Source of the DNA: Vicinamibacteria bacterium
Lineage (GTDB): Bacteria > Acidobacteriota > Vicinamibacteria > Vicinamibacterales > UBA8438
DNA length: 64,000 nt
NCBI GenBank assembly: GCA_022821235.1
Contig: JAJEEA010000129.1
Span: forward strand, 3,931 to 67,930
Direction of reading: 5' to 3'
The translations under genes and the position numbers were made by a program. The notes beneath the pieces are model-generated. The model saw only the letters and a list, made by a program, of their open reading frames with translations, was not told the DNA's origin and made no database searches. This document shows, piece by piece, positions 7,821 through 17,148 of this stretch; positions within the stretch are counted from its first letter, which is position 1, and every line of letters begins with the position of its first letter.

Positions 7821-9273
7821 TCAGTCGCCACGCGCGGTGTCGCCCCCGGCGGCAGCTTCCTGCAAGCGGTTCTGCAGGTCGGCCGATCTGTTGTAGAGCG
7901 TCTCGGCGACCGTCTCGTACTCTTCCGGTTCGATGCCCTCGATCTCGTCGAACGGAATCTCCCTGACCGCGAACCCCGAGTGCTGTCCTTGGAACGACCA
8001 CACGCCGACCTCCGCCGGCGTAAGCGCGCCGTTTTCCGGCGTGCCGGTGGTACGGCGGGCGAGCTCGCCCTCCCGCAACAGGTTGCCGAGCTCGCGGAGC
8101 AGCCAGTCGCTGTGGGTCGTGATGACGACCCGCACGTCGGCGCGGACGAGGTGTGCCAGCAGGGCGGCCAGTCGCGCCTGGATGGCCGGATGCAGGTGCG
8201 CCTCGACCTCGTCGATGATGACCGTGTCTCCGGGTTCGAGCCCACCGCGCAGCAGCAGGACGACGGGTGCGAGCTCGGTGACCATGGACGAGGCGCGGCT
8301 GAGCCGGATGTCCTCCGTGGTTCCCTGCGGCCGGTAGATGAACTCCGGATGCCCCGCCGGTACGGGCCGGTGCGCGCGTATCTCTCCATGCAGCGGATCG
8401 CGTTCGAGCTCTTCGGCGATGACGCGAATCGTCTCGTCGAGGGGCGTCCGCTCCTGGTAGAGGATGAGACCGCGGATGAAGTCGGTCGTCACGCCGGACA
8501 ACGTCGGCAGCTCGCCCCCGCGCCTCGTCGAGCCGGTGCGGCTCAAGCGCTCGACGAGCGAGCCCGCGATGATGCGCTGGCTCTGCAGCATGCCGCTTCT
8601 CGCGGCCGGCAGGTGGTGGACGCGGGGCGGCCTTCCGGTTCGCGCAGCGTGCTCGAGCAGGTGCTCGAACAACGCTACCGGGTTCGGCCGGCTCCTGCCG
8701 GCCAGGGCGCGCCGTTCCGCGTCGGTGGCGTCGGCCCTCACGAGCACCACGTCATCGATGACGCCCTCCGGTGTCTCGCCCCGAGGCGATGCGCCCATCG
8801 TGACGCGCCAGAGGTCCTGCTCGCCTTCGCGGAGGCGCAACGACACGTGAAGTTGACGGTGCGGGGCCGTCCAGCGGATCAGCTCCGTGCAATCCTCAAC
8901 GTCGAAAAGGCGCTTGATCTCTTCGGCAGGTCGACCGCGACGGAGTCGATGATGTCGCGGAACCTGGCCCGCACGCTGTCCGGCAGGTCGCTGCACGTGA
9001 GTGGTCTGCCGGGGGTGAGCAGGTTCTCCCGAACGGCGTCCGTCGCGGCCTGGACAGCCGGGATGCGCTCGGTGCGCTCGGTGATGAACAGTCCCCTCGG
9101 CGGTATCCGGGGGACCCGTCGCAGGCCCGATGCAGCGCGGAGATCAGCGTCGCCAGGTAGGTCTTGCCCGCGTTGCTCGGTCCGACGAAGACGGTGAGCG
9201 GTCGCAGATCGATGGCCGCCCGGGTGAGCGGCCCGAAGTCTCGAACCTCGATCGTGGTGTCCGGTTGCGGCAT
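7821..9273 (-). pseudogene. AAA_15/AAA_21-like ATPase, disrupted by two frameshifts
   Basis: Walker A (VFVGPSNAGKTYLATLISALH) is in the frame of ORF 8896..9273. The middle segment (GLFITERTERIPAVQAATDAVRENLL...RFRDIIDSVAVDL) reads only in the third minus frame. The C-terminal part, with DTVIIDEVEAHLHP and VVITTHSDWLL, is in ORF 7821..8996. The shifts lie near 9085-9125 (next to a G5 run) and near 8920-8940. Confidence 0.75.
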
Positions 9274-9289
9274 CTCGCGGGTGGTTGGT

Positions 9290-10624
9290 CTACACCCCCG
9301 TCAGGCGCTCGATGCTGAGCCTGCCGTCGCTCTGTCCGAGGCTCTCGACCGGGACGCCCAGCTTGTCCATCAGGGTCACCAGCAGGTTGGGCATCAGCGG
9401 GTCGCCCTCGTAGCGGACGTGGCGATCGCCCTCGAGCTGTCCCGCGCACCCCCCGAGCAGGAGGACCGGCAGGTCGAGGGGGCTGTGGGCGTTGCTGTCG
9501 GACATGCCGCAGCCGTAGAGGAGCAGCATGTTGTCGAGCAGCGATCCGTCGCCGTCCGGGGTCGAGCGGAGCTTCGCCAGGTAGTCGGCGAACATCGACG
9601 CGTGGTACGCGTTGATCTTGGACATCAACGCGATCTTCTCCGGCTTGTACTCGTGGTGCGAGAGCGGGTGGTGCGCGTCGGGGATGCCGATCTCGGTGTA
9701 GGTCCGCGAGCTCACCTCGCGGCCCAGCATGAACGAGGTCACGCGGGTGAGGTCGATCTGGTGGGCCAGCACCTGCAGGTCGAACATCAGCGCGACGTGC
9801 TCGGCGAACGTGGCGGGGATGCCCTCGGGCTGGGCGAGGTCGGGCAGGTCGAAGTCCTGCCGCTGCTCGGCCCGCTCGATGCGGCGCTCGATGTCGCGCA
9901 CGCCCTCGAGGTACTCGTCGACCTTGAGGCTGTCGGCGGGTCCGACCTCGCGCCTGAGGTCGGCCACCTTGCCGGTCACCGAGTCGAGAATCGAGCGGTC
10001 GCGCGCCATGCGGGCGCGGCGGACGGCGGGGTCGGTGCTGCCGCTGTCGCCGAACATCTGCTCGAACACCACGCGGGGGTTGTTCTCCATCGGCAGCGGC
10101 GTGGTGCGGCTGCGCCAGCAGATGGTGTTGGTGTAGACGCAACTGTGGTTGCCGCTGCACTGGCCGGCGTTGGCGCGGCTGTCGATGGCGAGCTGGAGCG
10201 ACCCGAGCTCGGTGTGCCGGCCGTACTCGCGGGCCAGGAGCTGGTCCATCGAGATGCCGGCCACCGGCGCGGTCTCGCCGGCGACGCCCGCGGCGCCGGT
10301 CAGGAACGTCGTCGAGGCGCCGGCGTGGGCCGGGGTCCAGTACCCCCGGAGGCCCGAGACCACGGTGAGCTGGTCCTTGAACGGCTCGAGCGGGTGGAGG
10401 ATGGGCGTGATGCCGAAGCCCTTGCCCTCCTCGGCCGGGGTCCAGTACTCCATCGCGATGCCGTTGGGCACGTAGACCACGCCGAAGCGCGGGGTGGGCG
10501 CGGCCGCCGTCCGCGACAACGCCGACGCGGCGGGGACCATGGCGTCGAGCAGGGGCAGGGCGACCGAGGCGCCCAGGCCGCGCAGCACGGTTCGACGGGG
10601 CAGCGACATCTTCGTGATCGTCAT
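9290..10624 (-). CDS. DUF1552 domain-containing protein
   Basis: Start trimmed to ATG 10624 (MTITKMSLPRRTVLRGLGASVALPLLDA, Tat-like). Length and motifs match my recollection of DUF1552. It is the usual partner of the upstream DUF1592-type protein. Confidence 0.88.
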   Translation of the reverse strand: MTITKMSLPRRTVLRGLGASVALPLLDAMVPAASALSRTAAAPTPRFGVVYVPNGIAMEYWTPAEEGKGFGITPILHPLEPFKDQLTVVSGLRGYWTPAHAGASTTFLTGAAGVAGETAPVAGISMDQLLAREYGRHTELGSLQLAIDSRANAGQCSGNHSCVYTNTICWRSRTTPLPMENNPRVVFEQMFGDSGSTDPAVRRARMARDRSILDSVTGKVADLRREVGPADSLKVDEYLEGVRDIERRIERAEQRQDFDLPDLAQPEGIPATFAEHVALMFDLQVLAHQIDLTRVTSFMLGREVSSRTYTEIGIPDAHHPLSHHEYKPEKIALMSKINAYHASMFADYLAKLRSTPDGDGSLLDNMLLLYGCGMSDSNAHSPLDLPVLLLGGCAGQLEGDRHVRYEGDPLMPNLLVTLMDKLGVPVESLGQSDGRLSIERLTGV

Positions 10625-10656
10625 GATTGGAACCTTGCTCGTCTTCGTGGTTCGTA

Positions 10657-10895
10657 CCCCGGAAATCGCCGTCTGCGGCTCCGATTTGCCGCCCGACAAC
10701 CGTGTGGTGTGGCCGCACCCTCTACGGCGCAGCCTCCTGCTCCCGGAAACCGCCGTCTGCGGCTCCGATTGCCGCCCGACAACCTTGGGGGGCACCCTCT
10801 ACGGGGCAGCCTTCCGGTCCCCGATACCGTGCTTGCGTCTCCGATTGCCGCCCAGCCAACCATGGCGGGCGGCTGCACCCTTCCAGGGCCTACCG
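10657..10895. repeat. three tandem ~80-bp units of repeat family R1 between two operon genes
   Basis: Units start near 10657, 10742 and 10818. The consensus is CCGGAAA(T/C)CGCCGTCTGCGGCTCCGATT(T)GCCGCCCGACAACC...CCCTCTACGG(C/G)GCAGCCT(C/T)C. The third unit is degenerate. Confidence 0.8.
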
Positions 10896-10922
10896 GCGTA
10901 ACTCGTCGACCGTCAGCGACCG

Positions 10923-13523
10923 TCAGGGGCCATCCGCCCCGGCAACCAGCACCGGCGCGCCCGAGCGCGACCGGCGCCACTGGAACGGCGTGCTCTTCAC
11001 GATGCCGAGCACGATCGACGACCAGCGGTAGTCGTCGGCCTCGGCGTCGCGCAGGATGCGGCGCACCGCCGGGCGGTCGGTGTACTCCAGCCCGCGCCCC
11101 AGCGCGTAGGCCAGCAGCTTGTCGGTGACGGCGGCGGCGAAGTCCTCGCCCCGGCTCAGCAGCACCTGCCGCAGGCCCGCCGGCCCCTCGAACGCAACGC
11201 CGCTGGGCATCGTCGCCGACGCGTCGATCGGCTGGCCGGCCTCGCTGTCGGCGCGCCAGGTGCCGATGGCGTCGAAGTTCTCGAGGGCGAAGCCGAGGGG
11301 GTCCATCGGCGCGTGGCAGCCCGCGCAGGCGGGGTTGGCGCGATGGCGCTCGAGGCGCTCGCGGACCGACGCCGGCTCGCCCCCCTCGCCGCGGTCGGGC
11401 AGCCCCGGCACGTTCGGCGGCGGCTCGGGCGGCGGCGCCCCGAGAATGGTCTCGAGCAGCCACTTCCCGCGCACCACCGGCGACGTCCGGTTGGGATAGG
11501 AGGTCACCATCAGGAGGCCGCCGTGGCCGAGGAGGCCGCCGCGCGGATGGTCGGGGTCGAGGGTGACCCGCCGGAAGCGGTCGCCGTAGACGCCCGGGAT
11601 GCCGTAATGCCGCGCCAGCCGCTCGTTGACGTAGGTGTAGTTGGCGCTCAGCAGCTCGAGGAGGCTCCGGTCCTCGCGGATGCTGCTCTCGACGAACAGC
11701 TCGGTCTCGCGGCGGAACGCCTCGCGCAGGTTCTCGTCGAACTCGGGGTAGTCGGCCGACTCGCGCTCCTGCGATTCGAGGTTGCGCAGGCGCAGCCACT
11801 GGCTCGCGAAGTTGTCGACGAGGGCCCGCGAGCGGCCGTCGGCGAGCAGCCGGCGCGTCTGCCGCTCGAGCTCCGCGGGGTCGCCGAGCCGTCCCTCGGC
11901 CGCGGCCGCGAGCAGCTCGTCGTCGGGGATGCTGCTCCACAGGAAGAAGGACAGCCGTGACGCCAGCTCGAGGTCGTCGAGCCGGTAGGGCGTCCCCGGG
12001 GCGGCGTCCTCGGGATCGCGCTCGATGCGGAACAGGAACTCGGGGTCGACGAGCATCCGCTCGAGCGCGAACTGGATGCCGTCGTCGAAGCCGCCGTCGC
12101 GGCGTCCGGCGCGGTAGAAGTCGAGCAGCGCGTCGACGTCTCCGTTGTCGACCGGGCGGCGATACGCGCGGCGGGCCAGCCTGCCGAGAACCCGGCCGGC
12201 GCAGGCCGTCTCCTCCTCGGCGATGGTGTGCCTCCCCGTGCCGCCGCGGTTGTCCGCCCTCCCGTCGGCGGTGGCGTCCGCCCGCTCGTCGGCAGGGGCG
12301 TCCGCCCGCTCGCCCGATGCGGCGGCCAACTCGGGCCGGCACACGAAGATCTCGCGGCGGCTCGGCGTGTCGCCGGGACCAGCGACGGCGTAGGGGCCGC
12401 CGATGGCGACCTGCTCCACCGCGGCGTCCTCGTCGTACCGCTCGTCGACGAAGCGGCCGTAGCCCCGGTTGCGCGGCTGCAGCACCCCCTCGGGCTCGGA
12501 GTATCGCCTCACGAAGGACACCCCCACCGTCCGACGGCCCGCCTTCGCCGGGAAGCGCGCCTCGAGATGGGCGTCCCCGGTGTTCATGTAGTACTCCCAC
12601 TCGGGGTCCCCGGCGATGTTCCCCGAGAAGCTCAGCGGGGCCATCTGCCCCACCGAATCGGCGTCGCCGACCGCGAACCGCTCGACGAGGGCGCCGTCGA
12701 CGCGCACGTCCAGCTCCTGCGGCGCCGCGTAGCCGATGATGTAGTCCGAGAAGTTGCGGTGGAGGCGGATTCTGATCGTGTACTCGCCGTCGACGGGGAA
12801 GTAGTGCGGGATCGCGATGCCCCCCCGGGACCCGAACGACAGGAGGTCGTGCTGCCGGTCGTCCTGCACGAGGCCGGGGTGCACCCGGTAGGTCGCGACG
12901 GCGGGGCCGACGGGGGGAATGCCGACGGCGAGGCGGCTGATGCGGCGCGCGGCCGACAGATACCGCCCCACCAGGTCCGGCGAGATCGAGAGCACGTCGC
13001 CGTTGTTGTCGAAGCCGTGCTCGTAGGTGTCGTCGGCCGGCAGCAGCTCGGCGACGTCGACGTCGACCGCGAGCAGGTCGCGGACGGCGGCGTGGTACTC
13101 GGCCCGGTTCAGGCGGTGGAACGTCTCGCCGCGCCCCGGGTCCGGGCTGGCGAGGGCCACGGTGTCGATCTCGGTCTCGAGCCACGAGGCGACGGCGCTG
13201 TACGTGGCTTCGGCCGGCCGCGGGCTGCCCGCCGGCGGCATCGTCCGCGCGCGCAGCTTGAGGATCACCCGTTCCCAGATCTCGGCGTCGGCGCCGACGT
13301 CCGCGAGGTCGTGGGTGTCGAGGGCCAACTCGGCCGTGCGCAGGCGATCGTTGTGGCAGCGCACGCAGTACCGGTCGAGCGCCTCGCGAACCGACGCTGC
13401 CGACGCGGGCTTCGGCGCCTGGGCGGCGGCGATCTGCGGGCGACCGGCGGCACTCAGCACTGCGATCAGGACCACCAGAACCCGGGCCACCGAACCGGCC
13501 CTGGCGAGCATCAACGTTTCCAT
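10923..13523 (-). CDS. DUF1592/DUF1588/DUF1587/DUF1585/DUF1595-type protein with N-terminal CxxCH
   Basis: 866 aa with a signal peptide and then ALDRYCVRCHNDRLRTAEL (heme-c-like motif). Planctomycete-type architecture by recollection. Confidence 0.88.
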   Translation of the reverse strand: METLMLARAGSVARVLVVLIAVLSAAGRPQIAAAQAPKPASAASVREALDRYCVRCHNDRLRTAELALDTHDLADVGADAEIWERVILKLRARTMPPAGSPRPAEATYSAVASWLETEIDTVALASPDPGRGETFHRLNRAEYHAAVRDLLAVDVDVAELLPADDTYEHGFDNNGDVLSISPDLVGRYLSAARRISRLAVGIPPVGPAVATYRVHPGLVQDDRQHDLLSFGSRGGIAIPHYFPVDGEYTIRIRLHRNFSDYIIGYAAPQELDVRVDGALVERFAVGDADSVGQMAPLSFSGNIAGDPEWEYYMNTGDAHLEARFPAKAGRRTVGVSFVRRYSEPEGVLQPRNRGYGRFVDERYDEDAAVEQVAIGGPYAVAGPGDTPSRREIFVCRPELAAASGERADAPADERADATADGRADNRGGTGRHTIAEEETACAGRVLGRLARRAYRRPVDNGDVDALLDFYRAGRRDGGFDDGIQFALERMLVDPEFLFRIERDPEDAAPGTPYRLDDLELASRLSFFLWSSIPDDELLAAAAEGRLGDPAELERQTRRLLADGRSRALVDNFASQWLRLRNLESQERESADYPEFDENLREAFRRETELFVESSIREDRSLLELLSANYTYVNERLARHYGIPGVYGDRFRRVTLDPDHPRGGLLGHGGLLMVTSYPNRTSPVVRGKWLLETILGAPPPEPPPNVPGLPDRGEGGEPASVRERLERHRANPACAGCHAPMDPLGFALENFDAIGTWRADSEAGQPIDASATMPSGVAFEGPAGLRQVLLSRGEDFAAAVTDKLLAYALGRGLEYTDRPAVRRILRDAEADDYRWSSIVLGIVKSTPFQWRRSRSGAPVLVAGADGP

Positions 13524-13601
13524 GCGGCGATCATAACGCCGAACGTGTGCTCGCGCCTCTACTCTCCACGCTTTTTCGGGGGGGACTTGTTGTCCGGCGC
13601 G

Positions 13602-13784
13602 TCATGCGTCCTTGGGCTTCACGAACGCCGCAATCAGCGTGTCGACCTTGCCTTCGAGGCGGGCGAGGCGCTCACCCTGTCCGCGGACGTGGTCGTCGAG
13701 GCGGGCGATCCGAGTGTCCATGCGGATGAATAGGCCGGCGATGGCGACTCCGACCGCGATGACGGACCATGCTTCGGGCGTCAT
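13602..13784 (-). CDS. small membrane protein with coiled-coil tail (hypothetical)
   Basis: Start trimmed to ATG 13784, giving MTPEAWSVIAVGVAIAGLFI followed by a heptad-like segment RIARLDDHVRGQGERLARLEGKVDTLI. Same orientation as the DUF1592 gene, 79 bp upstream of it. Confidence 0.45.
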   Translation of the reverse strand: MTPEAWSVIAVGVAIAGLFIRMDTRIARLDDHVRGQGERLARLEGKVDTLIAAFVKPKDA

Positions 13785-13895
13785 GTTCAAATGAGGACAC
13801 GAGTCCGGCCGGTTCGTGTCATGGAGGTGCAACGAGCATCGCCCGTGGGCAGCTTGGCTCGCCAACGGGTGTGCGGTACACTGCCGCGGTCAGTC

Positions 13896-16800
13896 ATGCA
13901 GACACATTGTCGGGCGCTGTCGCATCGATATGCCACCGTCCGGGCCGGCTTGCTGATCGCCGTCCTGACGCTCGCCGCCGTCGCCGCGCCGGCCCGCGCG
14001 CAGGAGTTGCCGCGCGAGGACCTCGATCACTTCGAGTCGAGGATCCGCCCGGTCCTCGCCGAGCGCTGCTACCAGTGCCACGGCGCGAACCCCGAGCGCA
14101 TCCAGGCCGGGCTGGCCCTGGTCGACGCGGTCGGGCTGCGGGCGGGCGGCGACAGCGGCGCCGCCGTCGTGCCCGGCTCGCCCGACGACAGCCTGCTCAT
14201 CGACGTCATCCGCTATGACGGGCCGATCAAGATGCCGCCCGACGGCCAGCTGCCGGCCGCGGTCGTCGCCGACTTCGAGCGCTGGGTGGCCCGCGGCGCG
14301 GTGGACCCGCGCGTCTCCGACGCCCCGGTCGTGGCCGCCCGGTCCGACAGCGGCGCCGCCTACGACTTCGGCCCCGGCCGCGAGCACTGGGCGTACCGGC
14401 CGATGGCCCGCCCCGAGCCCCCCGCCGTCGGCGACCCGGCCTGGGCGCGCAACGAAATCGACCGGTTCGTCCTCGCCCGGCTCGAGGCCGAGCGGATGGC
14501 CCCGGTCGCCCCCGCCGGCCGGCGGCAGTTGCTGCGGCGGGTCACGTTCGACCTGACCGGCCTGCCCCCGACGCCGGCCGAGATCGACGCGTTCCTCGCC
14601 GACGAGCGCCCGGACGCCTGGGAGCGGGTGGTCGAGCGATTGCTGGCGTCGCCGCGCTACGGCGAGCGCTGGGGCCGGCACTGGCTCGACGTCGCCCGCT
14701 ACGCCGACTCGAACGGGCTCGACGAGAACATCGCGCACCCCAACGCGTTCCGCTACCGCGACTGGGTCATCGACGCGTTCAACCGCGACAAGCCCTACGA
14801 CCGGTTCGTGCAGGAGCAGATTGCCGGCGACCTGATGCCGGCGGCGGGCGACGACGAGCGGTTCGAGCGCCTCACCGCCACCGGGTTCCTGACCCTCGGC
14901 GCCAAGGTGCTCGCCGAGCAGGACGTCGACAAGATGGTCATCGACATCGTCGACGAGCAGGTGAACGTCATCGGCCGGTCGTTCCTGGCCGAGCCCATCG
15001 GCTGCGCCCGCTGCCACGACCACAAGTTCGACCCGATTCCCACCGCCGACTACTACGCGATGGCCGGCATCCTGCGCTCGACGAAGACGATGGCCCCCGA
15101 ACGCCTCCCCGGCCGGTGGGTCGAGCGGCCCCTCGCCGACGAGGAGACGCTTGCCCGCTACGAGGCGGCGCAGGCGCTGGTGGAGGAGGCGCGGGAGGCG
15201 GTCGGCGATCTCGTCGACGAGCAGAACGAGGTGCTGCGGGGGCCGCGGCGGGAGGCGCTGGCCGGCTATCTCCTCGCCGCCGAGGAGGCCTACCCGGCCT
15301 GGGGCGACGACGAGGCGAGCCAGGACCGGGGCCGCGAAGAGATCGCCAGGATCGCCGGCCGCGAAGGCCTCGAGGCGGCGGTCGTGGAGCGCTGGGTCCA
15401 GGCCTTCTTCCGCTATCGCGAGGGCCCCCCGGTGCAGGGCGATGGGGCCAACCCGAGCGTGGTCTTCCAGATCTGGAACGCCTACGCGGCGGCGCCGGCG
15501 GAGCGCTACGAGGAGGTCACAGTCGAGTTGCGGGCGCTGATCGCCTCCGAGAAGGTCCTCATCGCGCCCCTGACCCGGAGCCTGGTCCGGGGTCCCGCGC
15601 CCCGGAGCCTCGAGGAGGTCGCCTGGCGCTACGCGAGCCTGTTCGCGGTGATCGAGATCGCCTGGGACCAGCACCTCCAGCGGCTGGGCCTCGAGGACGA
15701 GGAAGAGCTCGGCCCCGCCGACTTCCGGCTGCCCCGCGAGCAGGAGGAGCTGCGCCGGCTCGTCTACGGCGGCCGGCTGTGCATCCTGTGCCTCGACCAG
15801 GAGGCGGAGGAGGCCCTCTACCCGGCCGACGCGGTGGCCGAGCTCGCCCGGCTGCGGGCCGTCGTCGAGGAGCGCGAGGCGGCCTCGCCGCCCGAGCCCC
15901 CCTACGCGATGTCGGTCGAGGAGGGCGAGATCGTCGATCTCCCCGTCCACATCCGCGGCAGCCATCTCAACCTCGCGGACACCCCGCAGCCGCGCGGGTT
16001 CCTCCGCGTCACCGACCATATCGTGCCGCCGCCGCCCATCCCCGGCGACGCCAGCGGGCGGCTCGAGCTGGCCCGGTGGATCACGCACCCCGAGCACCCC
16101 CTGACGGCGCGGGTCATGGCCAACCGCATCTGGCACTGGCACTTCGGGCGCGGCCTCGTCGACACCCCGAGCAACTTCGGCACCACCGGCTCGGCCCCCA
16201 CGCATCCCGTGCTGCTCGACTGGCTGGCGCGGCGCTTCGTCGACGGCGGCTGGTCGGTCAAGGCGCTTCACCGCGAGATTCTCCTGTCGAGCACCTACCG
16301 GCTCGGCGCCGGCTACGACGCGGCGAACGCGGCCGTCGACCCCGACAACCGGCTGCACTGGCGGATGAACCGCCGCCGGCTCGAGGTCGAGCCCATCCGC
16401 GACGCGCTGCTGCAGCTCGCGGGCACCCTCGACCTGACGATGGGGGGGCGCGTCGACGAGTACGACTCGCGCGGCTACGTCTTCAGCGAGGGCAACACGT
16501 TCGGGCGCTTCGACTTCTACCGGGCGCCGCGCCGCTCGGTCTACATGCCGGTGGTGCGCAACGCCATCTACGACATCTTCGCCGGCTTCGACTTCGGCAA
16601 CGCCAGCGACTCGGTCGGCGCCCGGCCCGCGACGGTGGTGCCGTCGCAGGCCCTGCTCATGATGAACAGCGCGTTCGTCGAGGAGCGGGCCGGCGAGTTC
16701 GCCGAGCGGCTGCTGGCGATGCCCCTGGCGGGCGATGGGGCGCGGGTCGCGCGGGCGTTCGTCGAGGCCTACGGGCGGCCGGCCACCGACGTGGAGATCG

Positions 16801-16925
16801 AGGAGAGCCTGGCCTTCCTCGCCGCCATGCGCGAGACCGCGCCCGAGGGCGGGGAAGAGCGCTTCGCGTGGACGCGCCTGTGCCACGTCATCCTGGGCGC
16901 GAGCGAGTTCATCTACGTCGACTGA
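13896..16925 (+). CDS. PSCyt/DUF1549/DUF1553-type protein with N-terminal CxxCH
   Basis: Start at ATG 13896, then a signal peptide and LAERCYQCHGANPE. DUF1549-like block FDLTGLPPTPAEIDAFL...SPRYGERWGRHWLDVARYADSNG. Long DUF1553-like C-terminus. Confidence 0.9.
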   Translation: MQTHCRALSHRYATVRAGLLIAVLTLAAVAAPARAQELPREDLDHFESRIRPVLAERCYQCHGANPERIQAGLALVDAVGLRAGGDSGAAVVPGSPDDSLLIDVIRYDGPIKMPPDGQLPAAVVADFERWVARGAVDPRVSDAPVVAARSDSGAAYDFGPGREHWAYRPMARPEPPAVGDPAWARNEIDRFVLARLEAERMAPVAPAGRRQLLRRVTFDLTGLPPTPAEIDAFLADERPDAWERVVERLLASPRYGERWGRHWLDVARYADSNGLDENIAHPNAFRYRDWVIDAFNRDKPYDRFVQEQIAGDLMPAAGDDERFERLTATGFLTLGAKVLAEQDVDKMVIDIVDEQVNVIGRSFLAEPIGCARCHDHKFDPIPTADYYAMAGILRSTKTMAPERLPGRWVERPLADEETLARYEAAQALVEEAREAVGDLVDEQNEVLRGPRREALAGYLLAAEEAYPAWGDDEASQDRGREEIARIAGREGLEAAVVERWVQAFFRYREGPPVQGDGANPSVVFQIWNAYAAAPAERYEEVTVELRALIASEKVLIAPLTRSLVRGPAPRSLEEVAWRYASLFAVIEIAWDQHLQRLGLEDEEELGPADFRLPREQEELRRLVYGGRLCILCLDQEAEEALYPADAVAELARLRAVVEEREAASPPEPPYAMSVEEGEIVDLPVHIRGSHLNLADTPQPRGFLRVTDHIVPPPPIPGDASGRLELARWITHPEHPLTARVMANRIWHWHFGRGLVDTPSNFGTTGSAPTHPVLLDWLARRFVDGGWSVKALHREILLSSTYRLGAGYDAANAAVDPDNRLHWRMNRRRLEVEPIRDALLQLAGTLDLTMGGRVDEYDSRGYVFSEGNTFGRFDFYRAPRRSVYMPVVRNAIYDIFAGFDFGNASDSVGARPATVVPSQALLMMNSAFVEERAGEFAERLLAMPLAGDGARVARAFVEAYGRPATDVEIEESLAFLAAMRETAPEGGEERFAWTRLCHVILGASEFIYVD

Positions 16926-17148
16926 GGTTGGCGACGGGAGTCACCTCGCCGCGCGCACTAGGGACGCTAGGGGCCGGGAAACCGCGGGACTGCTGCGTCC
17001 GGGTGCAGTCGTCGGAGAGGCTGCGGAACTGACTGCGTTGGGGGTCAGTCGGCAGACTCGATAGCGATCACTGTCTCGAGGCCGTCGAGCAGAGCGTGGG
17101 GCCGGGCCGTCACGCAGAGCGTGGGGCCGAGACACACCGGGAGGACCG

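Noticed and set aside
10657-10895. Possible CRISPR array.
   Set aside because: The repeats are ~80 bp and degenerate, and they abut each other without unique constant-length spacers. No cas genes or leader are present.
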